Under the pieces are notes generated by a model, which was not told where the DNA came from, made no database searches, and was given only the letters and a program-made list of their open reading frames with translations. From the NCBI GenBank assembly GCA_002633005.1, contig NMRA01000205.1, positions 637,688 to 701,687 of the forward strand: a stretch of 64,000 bases of DNA, written 5' to 3'. Below are positions 1-13,900 of the stretch, in pieces (the stretch's first letter is position 1; every line of letters begins with the position of its first letter). The DNA comes from Phoronis australis. Lineage: Eukaryota > Animalia > Phoronida. The position numbers were made by a program, and so were the translations under genes.

Positions 1-499
1 CCAAATAAATCGAAAAACGCACGTGAATCAGTTTGTTTATTATACCTAATTAGATATTGAAGATGGTTGACGTAGTCGTGGTCGTGGACTCGAATGTTGC
101 GCAATTCTGCGAGAAATCTCAATTTCTGGCCGTGTAAAATTTTGGATGTAGCCTACAGACTTTTTGACGTCGAATTCTGACTAACATTACGAGGGTATTG
201 ACTCTGCAAGACATGAGATTGAGAGAAAACGAAGGCTCGAATGTCAGGAACATTTATGATAAAAATGGGACTCGTTTTACCAAGACACTTTATTGTCTTT
301 ATTCAGACTGTCGGCTTCGTGGAAGACTGGACGTTCCTTCTGAAATCTTTACCTCCTTGTTACTTTTTGGACTTAGTCAACATTGTCATCTCTAGTATGA
401 ATGTCACATTCTTTTTGAGTAAAATGATACCGCTTACTGTTTGAAACACGTCTATTTAGACTTCCAAACAATTACTTAAAGCGGTGGTAAGTCAGACAG

Positions 500-979
500 A
501 ATTTGCTTCTTTGCACTATTATTCCTATCTATATCATTAGATTTTGCACTTCCTATTATTTCCATCTGCCGTTACTTGATTTTACGCAAGTTTGTAATCA
601 ATGTTATTCCAATCAAAACTATTTTTAATTTTCCACAAATTTTCCGTCTATATCATTATTCCCTAGAATTTGCTGTTTTGCATTATTATTCCCTTCTATA
701 TCATTATTAGGTTTTACCTAAGTTTGTAATCAATATTATTATTCCAGTCTATACTATGTTTAAATTTCCTCAAATTTGCCGTGTATACCATTAATCCATT
801 CTATACTATTATTAATTTTTTCCGACAAATTTCCGGTCTATACTATTATTCTACTTTTCTAGTGGCAAAAATGTTGGGTCTATACTATTATTAGAGTCTC
901 TACTATTATTAAAAATCGTGAAATTTTCCAGTCTATACTATTATTGCTGTCTCTACTACTATTCGGAACTCCAGAGTAA
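500..979. mobile_element. End of a non-autonomous DNA transposon with subterminal repeats
   Basis: Many ctatactattatt-like units ending in a TIR-like ctattcggaactccagagta. Confidence 0.45.
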
Positions 980-1299
980 TTCGCCGAAAAGCTTCCGGCA
1001 TACAGAGCGCCTATAGCCTCTGCATCGCCTCTGCTTCAGGCCAACAGAGGCGATGGTCATTGCCTATATCAACACAAGACAACAGTTAGTATATCACTAT
1101 ATGCCAATGACAATGTTAGGCAATTAATTACATCGCCCTGAATGCCGCAGGCATACAGGGACGATAGTACATCCCCATAAAAAGTTATTCATTTCAAAAT
1201 ACACCAAATAAAATGGAATGAAACATGCATATATGTACATACATAGGGTTATAATTAACACATACCTGGACAGCAACCACTGCCTCCGCAGTAGAGAGT

Positions 1300-1830
1300 G
1301 TGAAGCTCCTATAGGCGCTTCATATGCTGGAAGATTTTCGGCAAATTATGCCTTGCACTCACTGACTAAAACATCAATGCTATGTTGTTATAAATATCTT
1401 TTGCCCACAAATACACACCTTAGGACTAGGAGGCCGTCGATGTATTTAATTCCTTCCAACTCGAACAAATACTCCCGTTATCAAACTTTTTCTTCGGGCA
1501 GTCCCTCGTTCAGTTTCCAAAATCGGTAACTTGCCATTTTTAACATTGTAAGCACCAGGAAATATGTTGTCATACTACCTGGCATGCGCAGTGTTAAAAA
1601 TCAACAGCCTCCTAAGGTGTCCCTTTGTGGGCAAAAGGTATTTATAACAATGTGACTTTGATGTTTTAGTTGGTGCAAGGCATAATTCGCTGAAAAGCTT
1701 CCGGCGTATGAAGTGCCTAGAGGAGCTCCACTGTCCTACGTCCCAGTTCAACATAACTTGAACATATCCATGAAAATCTGACCGTGGTTCGCTCAAGTTT
1801 CTCCCACCGGTTGCCATTTTGAGGAAGTTT
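1300..1830. repeat. Interspersed repeat in inverted arrangement; related copies at ~985-1020 and ~19870-20110
   Basis: 1335-1430 is the reverse complement of ~1608-1700; the same sequence recurs at 19890-20100. Confidence 0.65.
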
Positions 1831-2985
1831 TGTGACATCACGCCTGTTGACGAACAAAAAGTCTAAGGGACACAAATCTAACAAATTTCACTCGATATCT
1901 TCCCATGCAAATTTGTAGTGGTCATGCGCCACGTCACACGCTTTGCTTAGTGTCGTGCTAGCCCTTGCTAAACTCACATGACTGTTGAAATATTTTGTGG
2001 TTATTGCGCGCACGGTGAAAAAGTTAACGGTGTCCAAAAAAGTGGAGTTGGGAATTCTTCGCCAAAGTCACCATATGTCTCGTAACTAAGCTTCATCGAA
2101 GATATGTGTAGAAGTAGAAAGGATCAGTGAAGAAAATAAGTGCTTTTTAAGTGATAGTTTTAAGTGTGGAATGTATTTTTTATGAGGTGAAAACTCTTAA
2201 TCGGTGAGTGGATTTCACCTTGTGGACGAAATTAGTACAGAAAGCGATGGGAAGTATTGTATCCCCTAACCGGCCAACTGAGGGGCTACGTGTTGCATAT
2301 GTCAGTGTTAGTAATTCCCTACTAACCGATTGGTTTGCATGCTTACCGGTTTTATCGGGGTCGCTAGTGCGATTCTTGAGTCGGGTAATGATAATTTCAG
2401 CAATTTCTAATTTTTTATTGTTGTACAGTCAGACAGTGTCTGTATTCGAGTTCCAGATAACCAATGGCAGTGCTACCTAGGTGTGTTGGCTTTGCTTACA
2501 GTTTCCACAACGAGTGATTTTCAAAGAAATTTGGAACGGGCTTCTTCACAGTTGCTCCAAAACATTCCTGGATTGGAATGTAATCATCTTCTGTTCTGTT
2601 CATGTCATGTACCTTCACAAGAATTCACAAGGTCCCCAATTTCAAATCCAAGAAATCTGTTGTTAAAGAATGCTAGTTCCCAAAAACGACTCTCGTCTGT
2701 TTTTGCTTTCTTCCGCCAGAAGGTACCCCCAAAAACTACTCTCGTTTCCTTATGGCATACGTGGGTATGCCTCTACAGAAAGGATGTAACATTTAAACAC
2801 GCGGATTTATAAGTTGAAATTTTGAAATTCCTGCAACTATTGGCATATTGCATCCTGTCTCAATGTAAAACAAGGATTTGTGGGAAAAGAAATGGTGAGT
2901 GAGAACAAATTGTAGTACAAGCAGTAACAGTATTCTCCACATCTGAAATCTTAGCAGGTCGTATACATAAAAACAGGTACAAATG

Positions 2986-3004
2986 TGCCGGAAGCGTGCG
3001 CAGT
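2986..3004 (+). promoter_or_regulatory. ETS/GABP (CCGGAAG) plus NRF1-like (GCGTGCGCA) motifs upstream of MRPL51
   Basis: gccggaagcgtgcgcag about 660 nt upstream of the ATG; this motif pair is typical of nuclear-encoded mitochondrial genes. Confidence 0.3.
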
Positions 3005-3659
3005 TCATTCTCTGTAGTGCGTGCTTAATTGCCTTTTTTAGCCATATACTTTAACAGTAATGTAGAGTATGCAGAAACAAATAACTTTTTAGCTTTTAAC
3101 CAGGTGACAATGGACTTATTTTTAAACATATCTCGTAAACCATTTGTTTATTCAATGATTCTGAAAATTGGTCAGCTGGAAAGGGTTTCGAAAACTGCAC
3201 CATTTAATGCCAAACTTGCTAAAGTTACATGTATTAGCTGTTCTAAACGTATTAGTATTAGTTTATTACAGTTAATTAATGAATTTATTATTTTGTTCAT
3301 CAGCAAAGTTTCAATTTCACAATATGTCCCTTACATTTTACATTTTGATACTTACTTTATATTGATAAATCTGATTAGCTTTAGTGTTACAAACATTTTT
3401 GTTATACTTTGTTACAAAAATGGTATTAAATAACCTAATTATTTTCAATTATGTCATGTTGACTTTATCATCTTGCAAAAATACTGGCGAAATATCAATG
3501 TCGTTATCAAGTCATATGTTAAATAAGTTGAAGGAATAAAATTTCACTTGTCTGCCATATTTTGTAGTCATTTGGTGAAGTTTTGTCTTCGTCTCTTGCA
3601 CCTACATCATGCTCATGTATTCTTTCAGTATCTGATTTTTGCCATCTGTTTTCTGTAGG

Positions 3660-3864
3660 ATGTCTGCAATTCTGTGCACTGTCCGACAGTGCGCCAGATC
3701 TGTCATTCAGGTGCCCTTGACCTCTGTGAACGTCTTACGTCATGCGTGGGCAGCTGGCTGCCGACAGTATTCCGATGACACTAGTTTCAAGGAATACACC
3801 CCGGAACCCTTCAATGTCCCCCCTCGAAAATACTATGGCTACGAATACAAAGGCTTTACCGGAG
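3660..3864 (+). CDS. MRPL51: MRPL51 coding exon 1
   Basis: Acceptor ttctgtag ends at 3658, ATG at 3660, donor G|gtgagt. Confidence 0.85.
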
Positions 3865-5593
3865 GTGAGTTCTGAAGGTTTCCGTTGGTTGCCTCAACTG
3901 TTGTTAACAAAGCCTGGAATGTGGATACAAATTTGTTGACAAATCTACATGGGTGGGAACAATTCAATGGTGGTGCCTATAAATTTAAGCTACGATTCCT
4001 GTAACTCCAGCTGCGGACTAGGACATAGTAAGCCCGCGGCATTCCATAACCGCGCTCGTGAACTCCACGCCTACCCCACAGATACTCCTTAGCTGGTGAC
4101 CAACCTCCATAACTTAGCTCAGAGGATCAGATTCCTCATTGTTTTGTTCATCAGGTATGGAGTCTGGTCTCTGCGTATTGAATATTGGCAGCTTATGTGC
4201 AGATATGAAATTTGTACCACAAGACTGGTGTTTTCGGTCTGGAACTGGAGCTCAGGTGTCCGAAGCTGGAATGTCTTGTTTCCACCCCTTCTTACAGCAG
4301 CGATACAAAAGTTCATGAGTTTTAGGCTGAAAGTTAGTGTCAATAACATACTTTTGTGTAAAATTCAGAATATGGAAAAATACAGATTACAGGTCTTAAG
4401 TGTGAATGAGTAATGTTTCACCTTTTTTGGCAGGTTTCAGTGCCCACCTGACTGGTCTGTTCATATCCATTTGTTAACTGGGCTTTATTGCAAGCGAATG
4501 TGCGAAACGGTACAGCTTTTACAGTGTCATCTGACAAATTATGTACCACAGGAAACTTTAAGTGCAATAGCCTACTGTGGAAAGATAATTTTTTTACTGC
4601 GTTAAGATTAAACGAAATTGATTTTAGAAAATCGACAGAAACTATATTGCTATTCTATAACAGCAACACTACACTTGTGCTTTGTTTGTTGCAGGACCAC
4701 TACCACGGATAAAAGACAGAGCCGTGAGATCTCTTCCACAGTATAAGCCCAAAAACAATTGGTCCGAAGAGAAGGCTCTCTTTGGTCAAAATGACTACAT
4801 AGGTACAGTCCCTGTTCTTACTGGTGGCTGAAGTGAGATTGTCTGGACTTGTGTAGCAAGCTGATAGCTAGTCGCTCTGTCATGTAGCAACTTGTCTGTT
4901 TTCCATGTGGCGAGTTGTTTGTTTTGATTTTGTTTTTGTCACACCAAGTTGATTCCCACATCTCAGATTCAGCTCTCCTCTTTTCTGAGGTAGATCGACG
5001 CATTACGTGGTTGAGCTTGTTTTCAGAATTTCAATGTGTGGGGCTGCTAACACATGTCTGAGCCAAGTTGGAGAAGTGAAGAACAATCTATCGTGCCTTA
5101 CTTAGCTTTTCAGATTTGTTGAAGTTCGTATTGCTTCTTGATATGCAGCAGTAAAATTATTGGCATCAAACTGATAAATGGGAATCTATGAAAATGTATG
5201 GCTTTATTATATTTGCAATATTTTCTCAGTTTTGTTTGCTATTTCTGGACGTTATGCAACACTGAACAGGATTGTGGGAAATAAATCTTCTAGAAAACTT
5301 CAAAACAAAGGAATTTTTTTTTAAATTTTCTTTTTAAAGCGCAGTGTGATTCAGTAATTGTGGTTATCAATTTTGCAGATATCCTCGGGGATGGTAATAT
5401 CCAACCTAAAGACCTCATCAAGGGTCCACCGCACCTGATTGGTTGGAGAGGAACTGAACTGCAGCGCTATATTCGACAAATGAAATTTGAAGGACGTCGG
5501 TTGTATACCCACGAGCCAACAAAGTGGCACGAACTGAATAAAAACATTAAGTATTTGATGAAGAAGTGGAACCGAAGACGGAAGCGGCGGTAG
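3660..5593 (+). CDS. MRPL51: Mitochondrial ribosomal protein L51 (mL51); join(3660..3864,4695..4802,5379..5593), 175 aa
   Basis: The spliced protein contains W-SEEKALFGQNDYIDILG...GP..L.GWRG.ELQR, the mL51 family motif, after an Arg/Ser-rich N-terminus resembling a mitochondrial presequence. GT-AG introns have consistent phases (1,1). Confidence 0.92.
4695..4802 (+). CDS. MRPL51: MRPL51 coding exon 2
   Basis: ttgcag| GPLPRIKD...WSEEKALFGQNDYI |gtacag. Confidence 0.9.
5379..5593 (+). CDS. MRPL51: MRPL51 coding exon 3 (terminal)
   Basis: ttttgcag| DILGDGNIQPKDLIKGPPHLIGWRGTELQR...RRRKRR*. Confidence 0.92.
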
Positions 5594-6858
5594 GAGATTT
5601 TTCAAAAACCAAATTCCTGGTTGGACATAGGACAACTAAATATTTTAGTGGAACAGAAACCTGCAGTGTATAGGGAAAAGAATCTGTCTGTAGCTAAGGA
5701 GTGTGTTATCTTTGTGAAGGTAAACTGGAAGGACATCTGGCTGCAGCGATTGCCTTCGATCATGGAATTTTGATTTTGGGACTACAAGCCGATACATCAT
5801 TCACAGTTAGCCATTTATGATACAAATCTTTGTATTTATTTGTTTTTATTTTAGATGTAAATATAAAGATCATGACTTGACTTTTATCGTATTTTGACTA
5901 AACTCACTTCTACTTAATTGTGGATCAACTTCTCGCATCTCCAAAGCGTCTGCGAAGAAAGAGGACAGAGGCTTGTTCTAGTGAAAAAAATGTATTCCAG
6001 TAAAGGAAATTAAGGGTTTGTATCTTCATTATTTGAATTGAATCTAAAAAATGAATCATGATAAAAATTATCATGCCGAATCAAAATTGCAAGTTATTCT
6101 TTTGGGCAATATAAATGAAGAATTGTGTAGTTATTAAAATTTTCAAGAGATGCAGAGCAAGTTAGTGGGAGAACAGTGGAGGACCTCTGGTGGTTACACT
6201 GCAAGTTATTGTCATTACTTAACTCGCCTTCCGGTGACTGAAGTCTTGCATCAGATAGAACTGTTACAGTTGTTCACTTAAAGGCCGAGTACTGATAGGT
6301 TCTGATTACTGGGAATGAGTACTTGTCATTTCATCCTACGTCCACAAACTATAAGTAGCTCAAAATTGTGTTGCTGATGTTTGGAAGTCCATTGTCATTT
6401 GAGATTATTAAAATTGGAAAGCTGTTGGACATGCTCCATGTAGTACAAAATCCTTCCAGTCTGAAATGCACACTTTTTGAGAAATGATTACCGTGGAAAA
6501 GGAAACCGTAAAAAAGGATAAGTTTTGATAAGATTCCAACATTTTTATTACACTTTTTTAACCTTTAACAACAACAAAAACAATAGTACCAAAGATTAAA
6601 CAAATTTATAAGAGAAATTCTTTCATGTTTAATCCAAGGTCAAATGCCCAGTCATAGCAGAGACTGCTACATCGTGTGCTATAACTTCACTTAGTGTATT
6701 ATGGAGATTACTGTTAAGCCAGACTATAAGTTTTACCCTTTATTAAAACATAGCATTGCATTGGCTAGCTGCTTGCTATGACTGGACCTACAACCTTAGA
6801 TGAAATGAGTGCCTCCCAAGAGGTAGTTTTTTGATAGCAGTGTTAGTACCTGCTTTAA

Positions 6859-9724
6859 AGCAACTAAGAAGTGATACATAATGAACATTAGTAACGTATT
6901 GATCTACGAAACTTTTAAAACCATGGACATTCATTCATCTGGGAATACTAATAATAAATAAAAATTACGAATCTTTTCTTTCACACAACTGTTGATCTAT
7001 TACCATAAATAATTAAATCAAAAGTTTTACAGAGGAAAAGATTAGTAATTTATCATTCATATAATAAGTTTTACTTCAAACAAATACAATTTGACAAAGC
7101 AGTACGCACATTTTTAGTAAACTTAGTAACCAATTATGCTCTGTTATTCATATACCAACAAAACAATAACCCGAAGTAACAATAAAGGCTGTTTAAATAC
7201 AAATCTTGATTTAATAACAAAATAATTCTAATAAGGAATATCTACCCAAGATGCTGCAACAACTACTCCACAATACCTAACATCACGGAAGCACATGGAC
7301 TATGCACATAACTGCTAACCACTCGGCCCAAAAAAATCGCCTCTCAATTTCTTTTCGAATTAAAAGTTCTCATATAAAGCACAAAAATAGTCATAACTAG
7401 ACATCTTTACCAATAGCTACATATAAGTGGAAGTCATTCCGCAGAAAACTTGCAAAACGTTACAGGCTAATGAACATGAACCAGATCACATTTTGATCTA
7501 GCATTTAGACAGAGGGTTAAGTTGCTAAATCATTCATTCCATGTCAATGACATAGTTAGTCTACAACATGTGATCTTTAGCAGTCGGATCTTTCCAGTAG
7601 GAATACACATACATCTAACTTCATGAAGATCCATCAAGAAATTTGGTAGATATTACGGTAGGTCCACAAAAACAAAAATTCCACTATTGCATGCTATAGT
7701 AATTGACACTGTCCTCAATGGGATCGCAGATGCTAAATTTCATACAGATCCATGAGAGAATTTGGTCGATGTTGTGACAGACACGAAAAAATTGCCACTG
7801 GAGACATCAGAATAGACTTGCTCCAAAATTACTGTTCATAAGGCTCTCCTCAATAGGAACACGCATATGGCAGCTTTCAGGATTCTTCAACAGGTTTGGC
7901 AGACAGGGAGGTGGAAGTTTACTGCCAAACACTAAGGGGTACAGAATAGATTGAATCTGTAAGAAATTGGATACGGCGATGCCATCATCTCCATCACAAA
8001 AACTTATGTGCCAAATTTCACGAAGCTTTAAGGAACTTGGGAAAGAAATCTAAATTGCCACAAGATGGTGCCACAGTAGTCAGACTTATTCCAAAAATGA
8101 ATGTCAACTTTGCTCTCCTCAACATGAAGTATATGTTAAATACAAATTTCACAAAGATCCATCAAGGAACTTGGTGGATATCAAGGCAGAGGCAAAAATC
8201 TAAATTTCTAGTTCAGGGATGCCACAGTAGTCGGGCCCGTTTGGAAAGCAACATCAGACGCGCTCTACTGAATGGAAACTTGTAGGCAGATATNAGCAAC
8301 TAAGAAGTGATACATAATGAACATTAGTAACGTATTGATCTACGAAACTTTTAAAACCATGGACATTCATTCATCTGGGAATACTAATAATAAATAAAAA
8401 TTACGAATCTTTTCTTTCACACAACTGTTGATCTATTACCATAAATAATTAAGTCAAAAGTTTTACGGAGGAAAAGATTAGTAATTTATCATTCATATAA
8501 TAAGTTTTACTTCAAACGAATACAATTTGACAAAGCAGTACGCACATTTTTAGTAAACTTAGTAACCAATTATGCTCTGTTATTCATATACCAACAAAAC
8601 AATAACCCGAAGTAACAATAAAGGCTGTTATACAAATCTTTGATTTAATAACAAAATAATTCTAATAAGAAATATCTACCCAAGATGCTGCAACAACTAC
8701 TCCACAATACCTAACATCACGGAAGCACATGGACTATGCACATAACTGCTAACCACTCGGCCCAAAAAATCGCCTCTCAATTTCTTTTCGAATTAAAAGT
8801 TCTCATATAAAGCACAAAAATAGTCATAACTAGACATCTTTACCAATAGCTACATATAAGTGGAAGTCATTCCGCAGAAAACTTGTGAAACGTTACGGGC
8901 CAATGAACATGAACCAGATCACATTTTGATCTAGCATTTAGAAAGAGGGTTAAGTTGCTAAATCATTCATTCCATGTCAATGACATAGTTAGTCTACAAC
9001 ATGTGATCTACAGCAGTCGGATCTTTCCAGTAGGAATACACATACATCTAACTTCATGAAGATCCATCAAGAAATTTGGTCGATGTTACGGTAGGTCCAA
9101 AAAACAAAAATTCCATTATTGAATGCTATAGTAATTGGCACTGTCCTCAATGGAATCGCAGATGCTAAATTTCATACAGATCCATGAGAGAATTTGGTCG
9201 ATGTTGTGACAGACACAAAAAAATTGCCATTGGGGACATCAGAATAGACTTGTTCCAAAATTACTGTTCGTCAGGTTCTCCTCAATAGGAACACGCATAC
9301 GGCAGCTTTCAGGATTCTTCAACAGGTTTGGCAGACAGGGAGGTGGAAGTTTACAATCAAACACTAAGGGGTACAGAATAGATTGAATCTATAAGAAATT
9401 GGATACGGCGATGCCATCATCTCCGTCACAAAAACTTATGTGCCAAATTTCACGAAGCTTTAAGGAGCTTGGAAAAGAAATCTAAATTGCCACAAGATGG
9501 TGCCACAGTAGTCAGACTTATTCCAAAAATCAATGTCAACTTTGCTCTCCTCAACATGAAGTATATGTTAAATACAAATTTCACAAAGATCCATCAAGGA
9601 ACTTGGTGGATATCAAGGCAGAGGCAAAAATCTAAATTTCTAGTTCAGGGATGCCACAGTAGTCTGGCCCGTTTGGAAAGCAACATCAGACGCGCTCTAC
9701 TGAATGGAAACTTGTAGGCAGATA
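6859..9724. repeat. ~1.43-kb near-identical direct duplication around a single N (8294); probable haplotype overlap
   Basis: 6859-8293 matches 8295-9724 with scattered SNPs and indels. Confidence 0.85.
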
Positions 9725-10533
9725 TCGAGGCAGAAAACAAACAAAAAAATTGTCACTAGGAGGCACAACGGTAATTGAAATTAGCCAAAAATCAACAACA
9801 AATGTGACAGCTCAATAGGAAGAAATCTACCAAATTTCATAATGATGAGCAGCTTAGCAAAGAGGTGGACATCAAACTCAGACTTGAAAATAATTAAAAT
9901 GGCCACTAGGTTTACAAAAAAATGAAGAATCCATCACAAATTGGAAAGGCGTCAGTCGTCTCAATAAAAATACATAAAAATTCATCAAGGAACTTAGTAG
10001 ATGTAGAGAAAAACACAAAACTGCACAACTGGACATTGCACAATTGGACACAGCAGGAGTTGGATCCGTGTGAAAGTCATCATCACCATGGTAGTTGCAA
10101 GGTTTCCAGAAATACATCCAACAAATTTCGTACGTGAAAGGGATTTCGAACAGACAGCAGTCAACGCCTCATGCCCATCAGATGGAGATAACAGCAATAT
10201 GCACCCAAATACATATACTGGAACATAAAAGTGAGACCAGCTCTGCCTCGAGACAGATTCTTAGCAGTCATATTATAATACATCCTCAAGTAAATATAGC
10301 AGTCTTAAGTCCTCTGGCCCAAACAAGCACAGTTAATAGAAGTACTCATATCTTGTTCAATAATACAATTGTTACTTTCCAACAATGTACACATGATACG
10401 GCAACTCACATGTACAGTTGGAATATCCTGGGAGTAACAGAGGACCGACATTCTCAATAGTGTAACTTCTATGCGCGGTTCTGAGCACTCAACAGTGGGC
10501 TTACATTGCTTTCCGTCCACCTATTGTGATCAG

Positions 10534-10960
10534 CTAGCTATCGCAACGATCATGATCCTGCAGTGCGTTCACACTCAAGATCTGTGGCTGACTCGTTAAT
10601 TTCGTCGGTCTCACCAACTGTGCCCCACCTGGGTGACTTAATCGAGGCTTCTCATTTGGGAAAGGCTTTGACTGAGATGCCTCAGCAATCCTTGCGTCAT
10701 TGACGGCAGAGAATGATGGCCCAGGACGCACGGTCGCTGGCTCCTGAGTAGAAGTCTCTATGATTGGCTTAACAGGGTTCTCTGATGTAGGAGTACCGCC
10801 ATCTTTTAATATAATACTCGCTGGAGTTGAAGTCTGAGTTATGATCGTCTCATCACTGGCGCTGTTGTTTGACGCTTGAGATGGAATGTCAGTGACAGTT
10901 CCACTGTCAGGTATTTGAGCTGCTTTTTCTGGTTCACTGGGCTGGGCTATTTGGCCATCA
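10534..10960 (-). CDS. GOPC: GOPC terminal exon (low-complexity S/T/P-rich tail)
   Basis: The ttcttcag acceptor matches the phase-2 donor of exon 8; open to TAG at 10534. Confidence 0.72.
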
Positions 10961-13900
10961 CTGAAGAAGAACAAGGTGATCGTCGTTAAGGAGACGGAAT
11001 AACTGTTCATTTACAGGTCTCACAGGACTTACATACATCACAGGTTTTGTGGTCCGTGGTTTTCATTTTGTTCATAAAAATTTTAAACTACTAGGTATAA
11101 TGAAAGGTACTTGATTCAAAAATGAAAGAAAACAAGAAAGAGACCTAACTATTGCATCGTGAAGTGTTAGTCTAAGAGTATCTGTTATTTTAATACAACA
11201 TTCCTTTATTGACTTCATGATTAATATTGGAAACAAAACAGCATCAAATAAGAAGCTTGCCTAATGAAATGAAAACATCTATGGTGCAGGTATTCTGGTT
11301 TGATAATGAAGAACATTTTGTCCTGGAACAGCTTAATTCAACTATTAAATGCCTATGAATTTCTAAATTTGAGAGCAACATAGCATCGCATGCATACTAT
11401 CCCAAAATTGGATGCAAATAATTTCAACGAATGTTTGGCCACAAGAGAAATATATATAGCATATCACCGACAAAGCTGAAGCAGAAACAGAGTAATAGTC
11501 ACCAACAGGGGCCCTGCATTTTGAGAACTAGTTTTCTCCACTGAAAAATGAGCATCAAACTGGTTCTCAAAATCTGGAACTCCTGTATGGAACTATTGTC
11601 CAAACAATTTAGTTTCATCCCCGAAAACCACAGAACCCTTTGTCCATGACGACACAAATAGGACCCCACACCTCACCACACACCTCGTAAAAGACAGAGC
11701 CCTAACTCCGGAGACAGAGGAGTGTCGGTGTAAGCAGAGAAGTCACTTGCATCATTCAGATTGGCTTAAGTACCTAGCGGACACCAAAAGTATCGCACTT
11801 GATTTGTGGTTCATCGAAGCTATAGTAAGACTGTGCTCCGAAAACGTTATGCAGGTTAAAATTTTGTAACTTTAAAGTATCATGTATACAGTCGGAAAAT
11901 GTATGAAATGATGCACTTATAGTGATAGTATGGCGAATACAAAAACATGTACTGTTACTGACATTAGCACCTGCCTGTAGCTCTGATGATGCCACAGTCA
12001 ATCGTTCATAGTGTATAAACGTGTAGACGCTCCACTGTTAAATCCACCCGTTTACTGCAAAGTAAACTTGTCCCGTGAAACTTGATCCAGGACCGGAATC
12101 AACCGTTCCCACCGACCGACACTCCTTAAAACACTGATGCATCCATTTTGGTATGAAAGACCCTATAGATTGTAGTTCTAGCAATTACTTATTTAAAGCC
12201 CAGCAACCACGAAAGATAACTACAAGCTCATGCAATGGGATGAAATTGAATTTTGTGAAAAATTGCTGCTATGTGTACCTGACTGTTAGAGATCCTATTT
12301 CAAAGCATAGCTTATAAAAAAGGAAACACATAAATGACTTATCATACCAAATAAAAGTAGCTATGTACTTAGTTTGTCAACCCAATTTCATATTCTGGTG
12401 TATAACATGGGCAGAAATGTCCAGAACAAAAGTGAATTTTCTTTCATTTGCAGACATTTAGAGACATTGGGACATTGTGTGAAACTTCATGGATGAGAGC
12501 AACTGGAAACCACAATAAGAGTAACTAGAACCACCCCCCCCCCCATAATGACAGTGCCCAGGATTTCCTTTAACCACTTTTGACATGTACTGTACCTGGA
12601 ACCACTGGATACGGACTGATGAGAGGGGCTGGGTTGATGAGCTTCGTCATTCTGTGAAGTGTTTTGTTTGTTGGCCTCCCGGCTACTTCCACTGTTGTCA
12701 CTGGCAATGTCGTCGTCATACATTCTATACCTGTCGTTACAGACAGTCAGGAACACAGTTCTAAAGAATTACGTTCATCACAGGTAATAAATGAACTGCC
12801 AACTCCAGTTTGTCCCAACACTGTTGATTTTGTATTTTCAACATCGGTATGGATGTGCTTGAGGATAGCATCACAGTTGCGGAATTATTCTATTTAATTT
12901 TGTTTTATATAACTTGGCTAAAAACTTGGCTAAACAGACTCAACATGCCTTTCATAGTAAATGCCAAGTTGATCAAAACACCTTCAAAAATGACATTTCC
13001 TTTAAACAGTTAAACATTTAGAGAGATTTCAAATATGAATTAAAACCCCCTTTAATCACAAAACATTTAAACAGATTTTCACATACCAATTAAAAGGCTT
13101 AAGCCTACATCAACATGCATCAAGTGGAAAAGACCCTCAAGTTAAATTCCGCCAGCTAATAATTATCACTCTATAACATGTTCGGCTACAATAGCAATAG
13201 AATCATAGACACCCCAGACTCCTTTACGATAAGACGACAATAATAATCCTTTTATCATTCACGCAATGAGAGCATCTGATTAAAATACCTGAATCCAGTT
13301 TCATCTTGGTACTCCAAATTTTCATCATCACTGTCCAAGTCAGGGGAGACAAATACAACCTCCAGCTCAATTTCACCTTGCTTTAAGAAAAACACAAATG
13401 GGAAATGTACACGTTGTTGCATCAGCATATAGACGTCCTTAACAACGTTGGTACATTAAAGGTGAAAAAGGACTTAGATTCAGAGGAAGAACAACCTGTG
13501 TCAATTGAGGTAAACGCTGATTTTCAATTATCATCATCCGGCCGATGAATAGTGTATATTTTCTTTATTTTCAAAGGATTGAAAAAATATGAATACATGT
13601 CTTAGAATGTTTTGCAATTGTTTGCAATCATGCGACCACCATTTTTCAAAGACGAAGCAATTTCTGCTCTGAACATGAATTTTTGCTCACTAAAACTGTA
13701 AGTGACCTATATACTCTGACAAACTCTACTGAAGCAAGCAAGAATGTATCCGATTTTTTATTTAAAAAGTAGAGATAAGAACAATGTCTTCAGTTTTGAC
13801 AGACAATATCCCTATTACATAAATCGAGATAAAAAATGAGAAACTATTGCCTCAGCCTTAGACCTGAAAGAAATTGTGTAAAATTTCATTCAAATCATCC

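Noticed and set aside
8037-9717. Twin 82-aa ORFs
   Set aside because: They lie in repeat-derived sequence duplicated across an N join, with no recognisable protein.
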